A stretch of DNA of 64,000 nt from Hypanus sabinus. Lineage: Eukaryota. Both the position numbers and the translations under genes were made by a program. The stretch spans positions 44,454,001 through 44,518,000 of the forward strand of contig NC_082722.1 of the NCBI RefSeq assembly GCF_030144855.1, in the 5' to 3' direction. Below are positions 14,301 through 29,300 of the stretch, piece by piece (within the stretch, counting starts at the first letter, position 1; each line of letters begins with the position of its first letter). A model generated the notes under the pieces. That model saw only the letters and a list, made by a program, of their open reading frames with translations, ran no database searches and was not told where the DNA came from.

Positions 14301-17300
14301 GTCTACCAGAACAAACAAGATGTAAAGCATTGCAAATACGAAACAATAACTTCCGGAATGATGATACAGTTCATTTTAACTGAGGTTTTCTTTCAAAGCA
14401 TTGTGATAATTTTGATCTCTCCTTTAGTTACTTTGAGGAATATTTATATGTTGTAATGTGAATAATTTCATTCTTTTAATTACATAGTTCAACCTTTTAA
14501 TTTGTTCTCTTTATCTTCTTGTATTTGGGGATTTGTAAATAGTAGTACCTCAGCCTATGATAGTTTCAATGTGATTAAAAGAAAATGGAATCCTCTGGGT
14601 GATTAGACAGGCTACTTTGAACCTGAAGTACTTCACATCCTCAGCCATATAGTACATTACACTTATTAGACCTAATCATACTGTTATGATTTAGTCTAAT
14701 AAGTATACCACATAATGATTGTTATTTTTTAAACCTAGTTGCATTAGATCTGGCTGTTCTAGTACAACGTAGAAAAATATGAAATGTTTCAAGCTTTAGC
14801 TTTCGGAGAATAATGCCAAAAACTGTGCTCATGTAGTAGGAACACATCTGACTGTTCAATTACAATAGTCAGCGTGACCATAGTTAGATTTTGTCAAAAT
14901 ATATGTTAATGCATCTGGAATTTTTTTGATGTGATTGTTGCTTTATAATTAGTTAAAGACAGAGTTAATTGGGAGTAAAATCAGGATTTATGCCCTGATT
15001 TTTCAGCTGTGAATTGATTTTCATTTCACTGAACTGCTCTAGCAAAATGTCTAAGGAGTTGTTTGCCTTATCTTTTCAGTCAGTAAATGCAATATGTGTA
15101 TTCATTTCAGCAAATGACAGAAATGAAAGTTTCAAAAACCTTTCACTCCAAAGAATAGTCATTTGCAGGAACAGCCAATATTATTTGGGATTTATTTAGA
15201 TGTTTTTAATTTGTTTTGGCAAATGCCCAAATGTTTTGGCATTATGTAATTTGCCAGAAAAGTTACATTGGGCTTAAAGCTATACCAAAAGTTATTTTGC
15301 TTCTGTTTCCCCCCTCCCCCCCTCCATCCACTAAAGAGGTTTCAGGCTAAACAGGTCCGTTCATAGGTGATAATTTACCTTTCAGTATTTTCCTAGAAAT
15401 GTAATAAAATCTTTCTGATGATTCAGTTAGTGCAGTGCTTCCTAACCTTTTTAGCCCAAAGCACTTTCATACTTGCCAACACCCCCCCCCCCAAAAAAGC
15501 GCTTTCATACTTGCCAATGCCCCTCTGAGGCACAATGTACTTTCCAGCACCCCTATAGTGTAAAAACATGTCTACCATATCCTAACATGAGAAAAATGAT
15601 TCTGCTTTTAATTTTTATTTGTCTTTAAATCTAGCTTACACAATACTTGTGAGCTGTACAGCAGCTTTGATATCAATGTGATCCTTAAGCTTGATGGTTT
15701 TTAGCAGGTGTTGAAATATCTGGTTCAAGTCATGAAAGCAAACTCCTTAAGTCCCTACGTGTAACAAAGTCCAAATGGCTTCTGTTTTTTCTGAGTTCGT
15801 GGTTCACTGCCCTGAAGCATCTTTCTACCAGATAGGTGGATGGAAATGCAATGAAGAGCAGTTTTTCTCTTCTCCAAAGACCAGTAATCCTTCGTATGAC
15901 AATGTAGCCACATACCACAAAAGCTGACATTTTTGAAAAGCATTTTTGCTTCATCATTCTGAATCTTAATAATTTCTTCTTGCAAGCTCACTTCCTGTTC
16001 TTCCATCTTGCAAAAAAATGGGTTAATTACCCAGCCAGGAATTTTCAGATCGTTCAAATCCTTGAAATAATTCTGAAAAGCCTTCCTCAGTGACTGCAGG
16101 TGTAAGTAGTTCTCTTGCAAATCACTGTCTGTGAAAGAGAGTGCCATACTTTCCATGAGGGAAACTGAGAGCATTGTTCTCCCAATGTTTTGCTTATATA
16201 TTTTCAATTTTGTGATAAAAGTGGACACTGTACTTTTTACCTGGATTAAATTGAAATTCTTACCCTGTAGTTTCATATTTAGAATATTCAATTTGTCATA
16301 CAAATCAGCTAGGTCTGCCTCATCTTCACATAGAAGTTCAATCTTGTTTCCCAAGCGCTTGTCGACTTTGAGCAAAAATTCAACCACAGCATCAAAAAGA
16401 TCAAAGAAACATTTTAAGCAGCAGCCTTTTGATAGCCAATGCACTTCAGTGTAAAGAATCAAGTCTTCAAATACTTCATTGTCTTGGCATAATTGGTGAA
16501 ATATTCTGCTATTCAATGAATGAGCTTTAATTTGTTAGCAGGTATTTCAAGAGTCTTGTTTGAAAAATGTTGCTGGCTGAGGTTTTTGGCTGCGAGATGT
16601 TGGTGATGAATTACGCAATGGATTGCAAACAGACGTGGAATTTCTTTATTCATAAATGCCACTGAACCAGCATGGCAACCTGTCATATACGGAGTTCCAT
16701 CTGTTGCAGAAGAAATCATATTCCTAATTGGAATACTTTTATCCTCAATATATATTTTGAGCTCGTCGGAAATTTATTCTCCATTGATATTTGTTTTTAA
16801 CCTTTTACAAAAGAGAATTTCTTCGTAAACTTGTCTATTTTTGATAAACTGTGCATATGCCATTAACAATGCCTCGTCACATTTAGTTGACTCATCCAGT
16901 TGTATCCCAAATTCTGTTTTTATTTGTAGCTCTGTGCATGGTTGATATTCAATGTCTTCACTCGTTTCATCAATATGATGAGCTACAGAGTTATTACTCA
17001 GAGGAATTGATTTTAAGATACTGGTATCCATTTTGAGAACGGTGGGTGAGCACTTCTGATACAGCTGCCATTAGAAATCTTTCACCAATTGTATGAGATT
17101 TTCCATCCTGCTATCATTTTGGAAGTATTACCAGAAACAATGAGACTGCTATCAAGGTCATTTTTAGCTTTCTTGGCAAATGACTCCAGTGTGCAGCACT
17201 TTGCAAACACTTCTTTCATCTTCAGGAACAGAGAGTAATACCATACCCTTTCAGGGTTTCTTTTATGGAAGTGTACCTGCAATCTTCATGGTTTCATGGC

Positions 17301-20300
17301 TTTATTAGACAGAATAGTTTTCCAAATAAGACACATGGAGCATCGCTGATCTGATTGATGGGAATGGAATAAAACCATACACCAGGTGTGTAACATTGTA
17401 TTGATGCACTTTCTCTAGTTTCTGGTTCTTCGCAGGATTAGAACCTTCAGATTCACAGAGATCATGTCATGTATTTATCTATCATTAACAGAGCTGAATT
17501 AAAATAAAAAAATTAACACACAGGGAATGCCTATTGGATGCTGACGATGGCAGTGAGTTGACATGGATGGAATGGTGTTAGCAGCATGTAAAGGAACAGC
17601 AAGGTGAAGATGAAGGCGGTCGCAACAGTGAAAATTACATTGACAGGAATTTAGATTGGAATCTGAATGATAGTCAGGATAGAACTGGTGTTTGGCAAGT
17701 TAACTTTATACTATTCTAGTTGGCGCTATTGACCAAACACATAAGGTCTTATAATCCCCAAGGATGGTCCTTGACTGCGCATATGAAGTTGAGGTCACTT
17801 TGAACACCTCAAGAGGAATCCTCAGGGTTGGCAGGTTCACTGACTCTATTTTGCACTGTATTGTTGCGTGACCTGTTTTCCATAGATCTGTACAGAAAGT
17901 TGAAAGGGTGCATTTGACTTACCAACTATTAAGTTGCATGAACTTGTTCCATGCTGCGAGTCAAGGGGGACTGTTGGGCACTCTGGTTCTAATAACGTCT
18001 GTTTGGTTGGTAAGGTCGGATGAGATTGCAGAGTTTCAGACACGTGACGAGTGCTCACTGCCTGCACAGCTACGGTTCTTCCTGTGTTCCAGGACTTCAT
18101 CCTTTCTCACCCTGGAAGAGCCTGCCCTACTAATGGTTGGTCAGGTTTCATACCTCAAGTTAAGGTGTTGCTTAACCCCCCCCCCCCTCCCCTGACAACT
18201 CCTATTTCTCCTAATGCACCCTTAGGATACGTAACCACTCTAATTGGGAATCACTGATCTGGTGTAGTTACTGTTTATTACATTACTAAATCAAATAGAT
18301 TAAAAACTTGCTTTGTGTAATTGTGCTGCCTGTAATAACTTAGCAGACAACTTCAGGTGAAAATAATAACTTATTTATTTCCAACTTTACAGATTTGCCT
18401 TGTTCACAAATTTTGTGCAGTTTTAGAGGAATTTTGCACTCTTGTGTCTTTGCAACTCAATAACTACATTAGTGTTTTAGACTACTTGTAGAATTTTGCA
18501 CTGACATTCAATGTATTCAAACAATACATTTTGATTTTCCAGTTATATGTAGCTTACATTTTCTATTATTTTCATATTTTTATTTCATAATCAAAATCAT
18601 ATGTTGTGAAATTTATTGTTTTGTGGCAGTACAGTGCAATGCATTAAAAATACTGTAAGTTTCAATAAGAAATATATAAAAATATAAGCAGTGGAAAACT
18701 GAGGTAATAACCCACTTTTAAAATAATTTGAAGTAACTGTGAATTAAAATAGCAAGCTGTCTCTTTTGTTTTTCACTGTCTTGTTACCCAATGTAATAAA
18801 GTTCTGTTTTTGCTGTTGAAGGAATTATATACAGCAGAATCCGTGCTGACGCAGAAGACCAGGCAGATGTGAAGGTATGCTACTCAGTGGTCACTGTCGC
18901 CCTCTTGTGTTTTTATATTGACAATCCATAAAATCGCACAGTTTATTTAGCAGTGTGTAAGCAACCTGACCTGTTCTGATGCACATTCAGTGATATTCAT
19001 GATATATTATACACCAAATCTTTATTTCCAAGTACAATAATGTTAATATTCTTTTTTTCCATGTATTAGCCATCATATTTTTTAGCCTCTTTGCTCTGCA
19101 GTTTGAGGCTTCACTGTGACTTATATATTGTTTTGCACCATTTTATTTGTAATTATATAGTTAATACAGCAATGATTGTATTTATTAAATTTTAATAGTG
19201 AATGAAGTTTATAAAATTATTCAAACTTATGACCTAGAAGGAAGCTATTATATTAGACCATGCCAGCCAAAAAAAAGAGAGAATGGTCCAGCCCAATTCT
19301 TCTTTATAATCTTGATCCATCAGCATGTAAGCTATGGTATATGGAGTGCTCATCTAATTTTTTTTTAATGTTATGAGGGCTTCTACCTCCTCTACTCTTT
19401 CATGCTGTGAGTTCCAGGTTCCCAACATTCTCTAGGTTAGCAACAAAATCCTCAACTTCCAATTATGTTTCCTGGTACTTTAAAACAATGATCACTTGTT
19501 ATTGCCTGTTCTTTTAAAGAAATCCTTCCTATCACTGTGTCTGGTCTCATAATTTTAAACATCTCAATTAAATCTCCCCTCAACAATTCTGTTGTAACAA
19601 AATCAACACCAGTCTATCTAGCCATTCTTCATAAATAAATTTCTCCAGCCTCAATAAGTTTAATGTAAATCTGATCTGTAACTTTGTAGTATAGTATTAT
19701 TATTTTCTTCAATATGGTGATAAGAACTGTATGCATTATACTGGTTGCAATCCAACTAGGCTGTAATGTAATGCAGCTTTTCATGCCTACTTTTATGTTT
19801 TGTGTCTCAGCTAATAATGAAAGCTATCTTACTAGCTTTATTAGCTGTCCTCTCTGCTTATCCTGGTATGTTCAGAGATCTGCTTTTCATGAATACTCTA
19901 CCTCACACTTGTTCTAATTGAATTCTCTCATCCACCTGCATAAGTAATTTATTATTGTAATACTCTTCTGTGTGCAGAACTTTTTTCCTCATTGTCAACT
20001 ACCTGTCCAAACTTTATGTTCTCTTAATTATTGTTTCTCCATTTGAGTATAAATTATTGCTATTTACCATAGAAACCAAGACACCTAGTAGTGAATTCTG
20101 TGGGGCCCCAATACAAGTGGGCTTTTAGTCCAGAACACATTCTTCCTTCCTTGAGCCAATTTCTGTATTCGACATTCTGTTTCATTTGGAATCCATGTAC
20201 TTTTCTGATTGGCCAGAATATGAGTCTTCCATGTAGAGTAGATCTAAGTGCTGATAGCATGAGCCATCCATTTTAGAATATTTTTTTTTAAAAATGGCTT

Positions 20301-23300
20301 AATCAGTGCTCTTTCTCTTTAAGAGATTCACTTTGAAGCTTCTGCCTAATCTTTAACTTGCTAAATGATAATTTGTTCCATGCTTCAGAATTTTTCCTCA
20401 TCAATTTGCCTATCATCAATATCAGACAGACTGACAAAGTTAGTCTAAGCATTTCTCTCCCATTTTGAAAGAATCTTATCATGTTACTAACTACTACTTC
20501 TGTAAAAGAGAGAATTGAAAAATTCTGGTTAAAGCCTCTGCTACTTGATCCTTTCTTTATAAAGTCATAGAGCACTACAGCACAGAAACAGGCCCTTCAT
20601 CCCAGGTAGTTCATGCCCAGATTCATTTCTTCCAAATGTGCTTATTTGTCTGATTTTGAAGATGCCAAGTTCTTTAATATTTCTTTCTCCACTGTTTTCA
20701 ATGTTCCACATCCTTTTTTTCCAAACCAGAATATATGTGTTATATCCCTCTTTTGTGAAGGTAGATGCAAAATATAAGAACAAGGGAAGTGGGAGTAAAA
20801 ATAGACAATAAATCCTTTGAGCCTATTCTGTAGCTGATCTGATTGTTGAGCTCAATTCCACTTCACTGCTAGATTAAAGTAATCCTTAATTCCCTTATGC
20901 TCCAAAGTGAATCTACCTTGGTTTTATCAGGTTTCCCCACAGACAGAATACCTTCTGAATCTCTAATAGACTGTGTACTTTCTTTTGTTATAATCTTGCA
21001 CTTTATTTCTAAATCACCTTTTGGGTTTTACTTCCCAATATTTTTATATCAAGGTTCAATTGTTTAAAATTTTGCCCATATACTTCTTATACTACCCTAG
21101 GCAACATCTTTTGCTAATCAAACCAGTTTCTTTTGTTGGTGGGCTGCAATTGTCAACCTTCTATTTTCAAAATTTTCAAATATTCATAAATTCCTTCTGA
21201 CAGCTTCCAGAAGGCAAACAGTCTGCAAAGTTTGTCGCATCCTTTCTCCGATCCAGTTTACCGCAATTAAGCCCTGAGGAAGTTAAGAAATATTTGTATA
21301 AAAATGTTACTGTTGTTGGTGTTACAACAAAGTTCAAGAAAAAGAAGAGGAAAGCAAAGTGTTTGTCTGCTAAAGAAAGGCGGGAATTGAGGCTATTTGA
21401 GCTCAAACCAGAACAACAAAGGTACGCTTGCCTTATTTATGTTAAAATATTTGTCTCCATTTGATTTTTATGTAATTTTGTAGATTATTTTAAGAAGCAG
21501 AAAAACACTGAAGAAATGGGTATTTAAAATCTGTATATGTGTATGTGGAGCATCAGGTTATTGAGTTCCTATAAATTCCAGCTTCAGCTCTTATTCGCTG
21601 GTTGGAGTTTCATCATCTGGTATCTGGATGACATGTCCAAGATTCCACAGAGATGCACTTCATTCTTAATAGAGTGGATTCCAGTTAATTGGGCCATCAG
21701 TTAATCGGGGCAGCCACTTATTTGGAACGAATCTTAAAGAACGAAAACTAATTGAGAAAATAGCTGGGATTCCCTTTGTTAATTTGGGATACTATGCCGC
21801 TTAATTGGGATGGAAACAGTAGTCACCGAAAAGTTTCTAACTAGCATCTGTCGCGTGTACTTGTGTGGCCATTAGACACTACACCATTCTTAGACTGATC
21901 GGTTTTTAAATAACATCAGTTGTATGTGCTTGCGTTATGTTATCCATTTGGGCTGACAGAAAGCAGTGGTTTTTGATCATTTTGTTTTTCATTCTGACTT
22001 ATAACAATTTCAGACCCTTGTCAAGAAGCCACAAAAAGATTTGACACTACCTGAAAAAATGACCTCACTGGACCAAGTTAAAAGCCATCTGAACTTGAGC
22101 TAGTGCCTACACAGGATGCCAGGAAATTTATTGTTGAATTATGACACTACTTCATGCAGGAAGGCAATGAAGGCAGTCCATTGCACCAGACTACAAATGT
22201 TTTCAGAAGGGTTGCCGCCTCAGGAATTTTTTTTTTGTTTTGCTTATGATAGACTGCTTGAAGCTGAATACAACTATAATCTTCACACTACTTGTATCAT
22301 GAGGGAATGTGGAGAAACAAAAAATTAACTTTTATTGAATTACATAATGGTGCTGATGCTTTACAATAGTTCAACTAAGCTAAAAGTGTTCTGTTGATTT
22401 TTGTTAGTACTCGGTGTCCAACAATAATCAGCCAGCATTGATGGATTCCAGTTGCTTTGATACTGTTTCTCCATGATCGCAATGTCTGGTGAAACCATAT
22501 ACCATGCTCATCATCGACAGTGCCAGAATTGGCAGAGAAGACATGTATAAATGAGAATACAGAAAATGAATTTTTAGTGATATGTTGCCATCATGGTTTT
22601 ATATGCTCGAAGCATGGTGTCAACCAGGTACTCGTAGTTAGGTGCTCTGTAGTTGCCAAGAAAACTTTCAACAACTTTGAATGCCTTCCATGCAATTCCC
22701 ACTAGAAGTCCTTTATTCATCTTGGCATCAGTTATTCAGTTATGAATTGAAATAACAGATATAGGTGATTTCAAAAAAAGTGATGCAATATTGGAAAATG
22801 TCAAGGTAATTTTCATGATCAACAGCCTAAACTCGATAAGATACACACAAAATTATTCAGGAAGCAAAATCATCATTGTCTAGTGTTATCTGCACTGATT
22901 TTGTTCATTTAGTCAATAAAAAGAACATGGCAGCTTACACTGGATGAATTCCTCTGTACATAACTATTAGGAAATAATGCAGAGTTTTATAGTACTGTAG
23001 TAATATTGGTAACATTATAATTTGTTCTGTATTTCATTTAATTACATTCTTTGTTACTCAGTTAAATGGTAGTTTGATTTTTTTATACCTTTTTAACTAT
23101 TTCCATGAAACTTAAGCTCATTGGGGCAGTCACTTAATTGGGCCAAAATGTACTGGCCTCGATGTGTCCCAGTTAACCAGAATCCACTATGTGTCTTGTG
23201 TCCTCTGATAATTAGCTAAGGTAGTGAAGGTGGTGAGCTCCACTTTCTGAACTGCTGTTCTAGGTGAAGATCCTTGAAAGCTGAGAAAAGGATAGAAATT

Positions 23301-26300
23301 TTTAATGAAAACAATGATATATTTTATATTTGTGCACAAATAATTTGTATTCAAATTCTAGTGGGGTCCTTCTCTGACAAGGGAAATAACAAAGTAAACA
23401 TTCTAAAAATTCTTATTGTGTACTTGATCAAACACCATTTCTGTTTATTTACCACTATTGATTTATGGTAGATCTTCAGCAAATGTTTGGCAAGTTTAGC
23501 GCAGTCTCTGCATTAAATAAACATCACTTCAATGTGGAAAGTAGTAATCCTTCCATTTTCTGTGGCAATTCAAAATGTCAAGTATTTGCTGAAATACTTG
23601 CAATACATTGCAAACTGAACAGTTTTGTAGGCTTTTCTATGCATTTTCTATTATTTCAAATAGAGTTTCCATGAAATTCATTTTCACCCATCAGCTTTAT
23701 ATGAGGCTGTAGGTGTTAAAATACTAATTAGAACCATTTTGCTGTTTTTTTCAGGTATGAATTGTTTCTCCCTCTGCATGAGCTATGGAAACAGTACATT
23801 CGAGATCTATGTAATGGCTTGAAACCTCAAACGTAAGTACTGTCATTGTTTTGCAAAATGCACACATTAGTACTCTATATGTGAATTTGAAGGACCTGTG
23901 TGATTAACTGCAACAAGACCATATCATTCAGAAATGTAGAACAACACATGAAAAGCTGGTGCCTGTTGAGCTCTACAGATAACAGTGTGACCATCTTCTT
24001 AACATTGGCATTATTGCTGATGAATCACATTTTTCAAGAGCTGAGAATTTTGTGGAGTGTGGGTGTACAAGGCACCATTGGTCAGGAGCATATTCTGATA
24101 TATGCCACACACCATTCCAACATGGCAATATTTTGTTTATCCTTCATCTTTGGTGGGCCAAGTTAGGAACCTTTCAGTCAATACCACTGTGGAAACTCTT
24201 TGTCTGAAGGTAAATGCAGGGAGATAATCACCCCTAAATGTTGCAGGAGGCAGGTACCCAGATGACATTCAGGAGAGGGCAAGGAAATGGGCAGCCAGTA
24301 TCCCTGTGTCTCTGTTCCTCAATAATGTGTACAGCTTTGGATACCTTTGAGGTTGGTAGTGGATCCCAAGAGAGTGAATATGTAGAATGTCAACAAGGTG
24401 GCTTTTTAGAGCAGCTTGTATTTGAACCTACTAGCGGATCAGCTAGGTTGGATTGGGTGATATCTCGATTAGGGAGCTGAAGACAAATGAACCCTTTGGG
24501 GACGATAATCATAAAATGATATAATTCACCCTGCAATTTGAGAGGGAGGAGCTAAAGTCTAATGTGTCAGTATTACAGTGGAGTAAAGGGAATGTAGAGG
24601 TATGAGTGAGGAGCTGGCAAGAGTTGATTAGAAGGGGGCAATAACATGGATGACAGCAGAGCCACGATGGTTGGAGTTTCTGGGGGCAGTTCAGAAGGTG
24701 TAGGATAGATACACCTCAAAGAATAAGAAGTATTCAAAAGGCAGAATTACACAACCGTGGCTAACAAGGGATGCCAAAGGCAAAATAGAGAGCATATAAT
24801 CGAGGAAAAATTAGTGGGGATTTAGAGAATTGGGTAACTTTTAAAAATCAACAGATGGCAACTAAAAAGCCAAAATGGAGGAGAAAAAATGAAATATGAA
24901 GGTAAACTAGCCAGTTATTATCAAAAAGGATACCAGAAGGTTTTTTTTAGATATATAAAGAGTTAAAGAATTGTGAGAATAGACATTGGACTGCTGGAAA
25001 ATGATGCTGGAGAGGTAGTAATGGAGGACAAGGAAATGGTGGATGAACCATTTAAGTATTTTGCATCAGTCTTCACTGTGGAAGACACTAGCAGTATGCT
25101 GGAAATCTGGGAGTGTCAGGGCCAGAAATGAGTGCAGTTGCTATTAGTAAGTGCATGGGAAGTTGGAAGGTCTGAAGCTAGATAAGCCATCTGGAACAGA
25201 TGGACTACACCACAGGGTTCTGAAAGAGGTAGTTAAAGAGATTGTGGAGGCGTTAGTAATTATCTTTCAAGATTCTGGCATGGTTCTGGAGGACTGGAAG
25301 ATTGCAAATATCACTCCATTCTTCAAGAATGGCAGAAGAAAGGAAATTATAGGCCAGTTAGCCTGATCTTAGTTGTTGGGAAGATATTGGAGTCGATTAT
25401 TAAGGATGAGTTTTCAGGGTTGAAATGTTGAATCAGATTCATGGCTCCAACAAATGAGATAAGAAGTGCACTGACTCTGATAGGTATATTAATCATTTAT
25501 TTACAAACAATAAAACTTCAACCAAACATTCATGTTCCACAAGTTACAGACACTTCAAAGCTGAATACTCAACAAACTTACGTACGTTGAACCAAGTGCG
25601 CACAAATTAAACAAAGGAAGAAGAAGAGAGCAAGCCCCTTCCACGTGCTATTTTATATACCCAGGATATTTGAAACTGGACACCGGGCAGTTATCCAATG
25701 TGAAAAGCAGCTGCAGCTTCTAAACTAATCAATCACAAAGGAAGCGACTTTCAACAATCAGAATAAAATACTCCACCTCTCAAAATTTGTGAGTATGATG
25801 TTCCATCCCACAGACTATTATGACTCACGAACTCCGAACTAAGTTATACATAAGTGACGAGTACAGTACCCAATACTGTCAACCTAATAGTCATCTCCCA
25901 GTATGCTATAGTAATCCACCAGGCTCTCTGTGCCCCAAAAGACCACTAGCCCTGCCCCAGTGTGTAATAGCCAATGAGCTGGTCCTGCACTTAACCTTAT
26001 ACTCTGAGATGTGATCGACCAGGTGAGTGATGTTACCCGACCGCTTGGGAATCTTCGTGTAACATTCGTGACCAGTAACAGTATAAGTGCCACCTTCCTT
26101 TTCAGCAGGTAATCCAAGGCCATCGAAAACTCCTTCCTTTGTAATACCCCTCTGATCAACCAGCATGGGCAAGGGCACTGGGGTGGCATACATACAGCAC
26201 TACATATCAAGCACACCATCCTGTGTGAATAATGGGTAGGCTTAGGAATTGCATATCAGTGCCGTTCAGCTTCCATCCAACAAGTGCCCAGCTTCACAAC

Positions 26301-29300
26301 ACCTTTTAGCATAGACACAGCCGTCCCAGGATACTGCTTCTGCTCACACTTGCCAAGCACTTCCCTCAGCATAGCACTTACATTGCACTCCCTGTCAGGT
26401 GGGGAAATCACTTTATGAGTCAGGACATTCCAATTATATAAATGCTACGTTTTTAAAAAAAATACCAGCCCTTAAAGGACTCACTCCACCAGAGCTATTA
26501 AGGGCCCAGTCCCTTAAGGCTGTTACCATACCCTAGGTTAAGGTTGACTGGAATGGACTAGTACCTTCCAGCTCCCTCATAACAGAATGCAAGAAACCAG
26601 ATAATTTCCCCCAACAGTCTTCATCGTCAAAGAGATCGATGTCAATGGCATGCCTTCTGAGTTGTAATAAGGAGCCTTCATACAGATTCAGTAATCTAAC
26701 CCATTGGTCCAGTGTGCAAATTCAAATGCCACCCACAGGAATGTATAAGAGGATCTCAAACCACAAACCGCCATTCTGTTATGCAGGGAAATACAAATGA
26801 TTAGTCACTGGATATTTTGAAAATATAAAAACAACAAAACTACTAGAATTGCTCCCCAAATGCTCAATTCCCTCTGACATGTGGACATCTCATATCCAAA
26901 ATAAAGTTGCCCAAAAAGGGGCTTGGGAGTCCTTGAACAGGGTTCCCTAAAGATTAATTTGCAAGTTGAGTCAGTGGTGAGGAAGGCAAATGCAATGTTA
27001 GCATTTATTTCGAGAAGACTGGAATATAAAAGCAAGGAAGTAATGCAGAGGCTTTATATGGCACTGGTGAGGCCTCACTTGGAGTATTGTGAGCAGTTTT
27101 GGGACCCCCTTTTCTAAGAGAGTATGTGCTGACACTGGAGAGGGTTCAGAGAAGATTTGTGAGAATGATTCCAGGAATGAAAGGGTTATCCATTGAGGAG
27201 TGTTTGATGGGTCTGCACTTAGACTCATGGGAATTTAGAAGAATGGGGGAGGGGAACTCATTAACATCAATCAAATGTTGAAAGAGTGGATGTGAAGAGA
27301 ATGTTTTCTATAATGGGAGAGTCTGGGACCAGAGGGAACAGCCTCAGAATAGAAGGACGTAAATTTTGAATGTAAATGAGGAATTTCTTAAGCCAGAGTG
27401 GGGTGAATCTTTAGAATTCATTGCCACAGGTGGCTTTTGAGGCCAGGTTATTGGATTAATATCTTAAGACTGATAGCTTCTTAATTAGTGAAACGCTACA
27501 TGGCGAAGGTAAGAGAATGGGATTGAGAGGGAAATGGATTGGCCATGTTGAAATGGCAGACCAGACTTGATGGATTGAATGGCCTGATTTTGCTCCCATG
27601 TCTTACGGTGTTCCAGAAGGTGGCTTACTTTCACCTTCACAAGATCATTTGGAAGTAGGCGTTGATTCTGGCCTTGCCAGTGATACTAACAGCTCATAAA
27701 TGAATGGAATAAAAGTACAAGTAGGAATTTATGGAGCCTGTCTGGAAACAAAGACACCAGTCTATCAGTAGACAAATTCACAAAGCTTTTATTCTTAAAT
27801 TGATTCAATTCCTTCAAGGACAAGTACATAAAAGAAGTTTAAGTTATCAAGCACTACAGCTTAAGGGATACTGCTTTCAATTTTACTCAGTTCTGTAACT
27901 GTTGCTTGAAAGTATTTATAAAAAAAATTAAGTGGAAGTCAATATATATTTATTGAGATACTGCAGGGAATAGGCCCTTCTGATCCTTTGAGCCTCATCA
28001 CCCAGCAACTCCCAATTAACCCTAGTATAATTGCGGGATAATTTTACAATGAATAATTAACCTACTAATCAGTATGTCTTTGGACTGTGGGAAGAAACCG
28101 GAGCACCTAATGAAAGCCCATGCATTCCATAGAGAAGATGTACTGACTCCTTACAGATTATGTTCAACTTGAGCTCTGAGCTCCAGCACCCAAGCTGTAA
28201 TTGTGTCACGCTAACCATTACACTACCGTGGCGTCCCCTATGTCCAGGTACTTTGGCTATGATACTCATACTACTGAAATGAAAGAGACAGTGATAGGTA
28301 TACATTCATTTTGTTATATTCCTTTTCAGGGTCATTGAACAAAGGGACGTTGAATCTTTTTATTTTAAATAAGTTCTTTTTTTTCAAATCCCACAACTTT
28401 ATATGAATCAGAAATAATTTATTTTCTGACAATGAGCCCAACATGTCCTTTACTTTTGGTAAGTATCTCATTTATGGAAGTGGTATGAGATAAATTACAA
28501 TGGTGTAAAGGAGGTTCTAAGTTTTTATTGCTGTGTTTCATCAATGTTGAGATCTTTTTAAATTTATTGATGCACATAGCTAAAATTTTTAAAACTAAGA
28601 TGTTTTAAGTACTAACAAGGGTGTTTTAAGTAGTAATTTAGTAAAACCTGTTGAATGTCAGCTGACATGTAAATGATATCAGTGCTTTTGTGGTTGTTAT
28701 TCAATATTTCTAAAACATTCATAGGTCAACGAATATGATCCAGACAAAGCTGATGAAGGCAGACTTTCATGGGGCCATTGTGACAGGTACATAGAATTTA
28801 CTCTGTAATAAGCAAAAGTGCAAAAAACTCTTGCCGTGGAAGAGAAACCCTAAGGTGTAGAAAATATAGTGGATTCTGGTCAATTGAGCCTTACATTAAT
28901 CAGGGCAGCTATTTATTTGGGACGCTGTGCCACTTAATTGGGCAGAAGACTGTTACCAAACAGTTTCTAACTAGCGTCAGTCACATTCATTTGTTTGAGC
29001 GTTAGACTCTACACTATGCTTAGAACAAATAGTTTTAAATGTCATCACGAGGAAATCTGCAGATGCTGGAAATTCAAACAACAACACACACAAAACGCTG
29101 GTGGAACGCAGCAGGCCAGGCAGCATCTATAGGGAGAAGCGCTGTTGACGTTTCGGGCTGAGACGTCGGCAGTGCTTCTCCCTATAGATGCTGCCTGGCC
29201 TGCTGTGTTCCTCCAGCAGTTTGTTTGTTTAAATGTCATCAATTGTGTTTGTTTCCAAAAAGCAGTGATTTTTTTCTTACTGATAGTTCATGAGAAATGA

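Noticed and set aside
14355-14385. Box C (ATGATGA) and box D (CTGA) as a snoRNA
   Set aside because: The boxes are only ~16 nt apart and there is no terminal stem.
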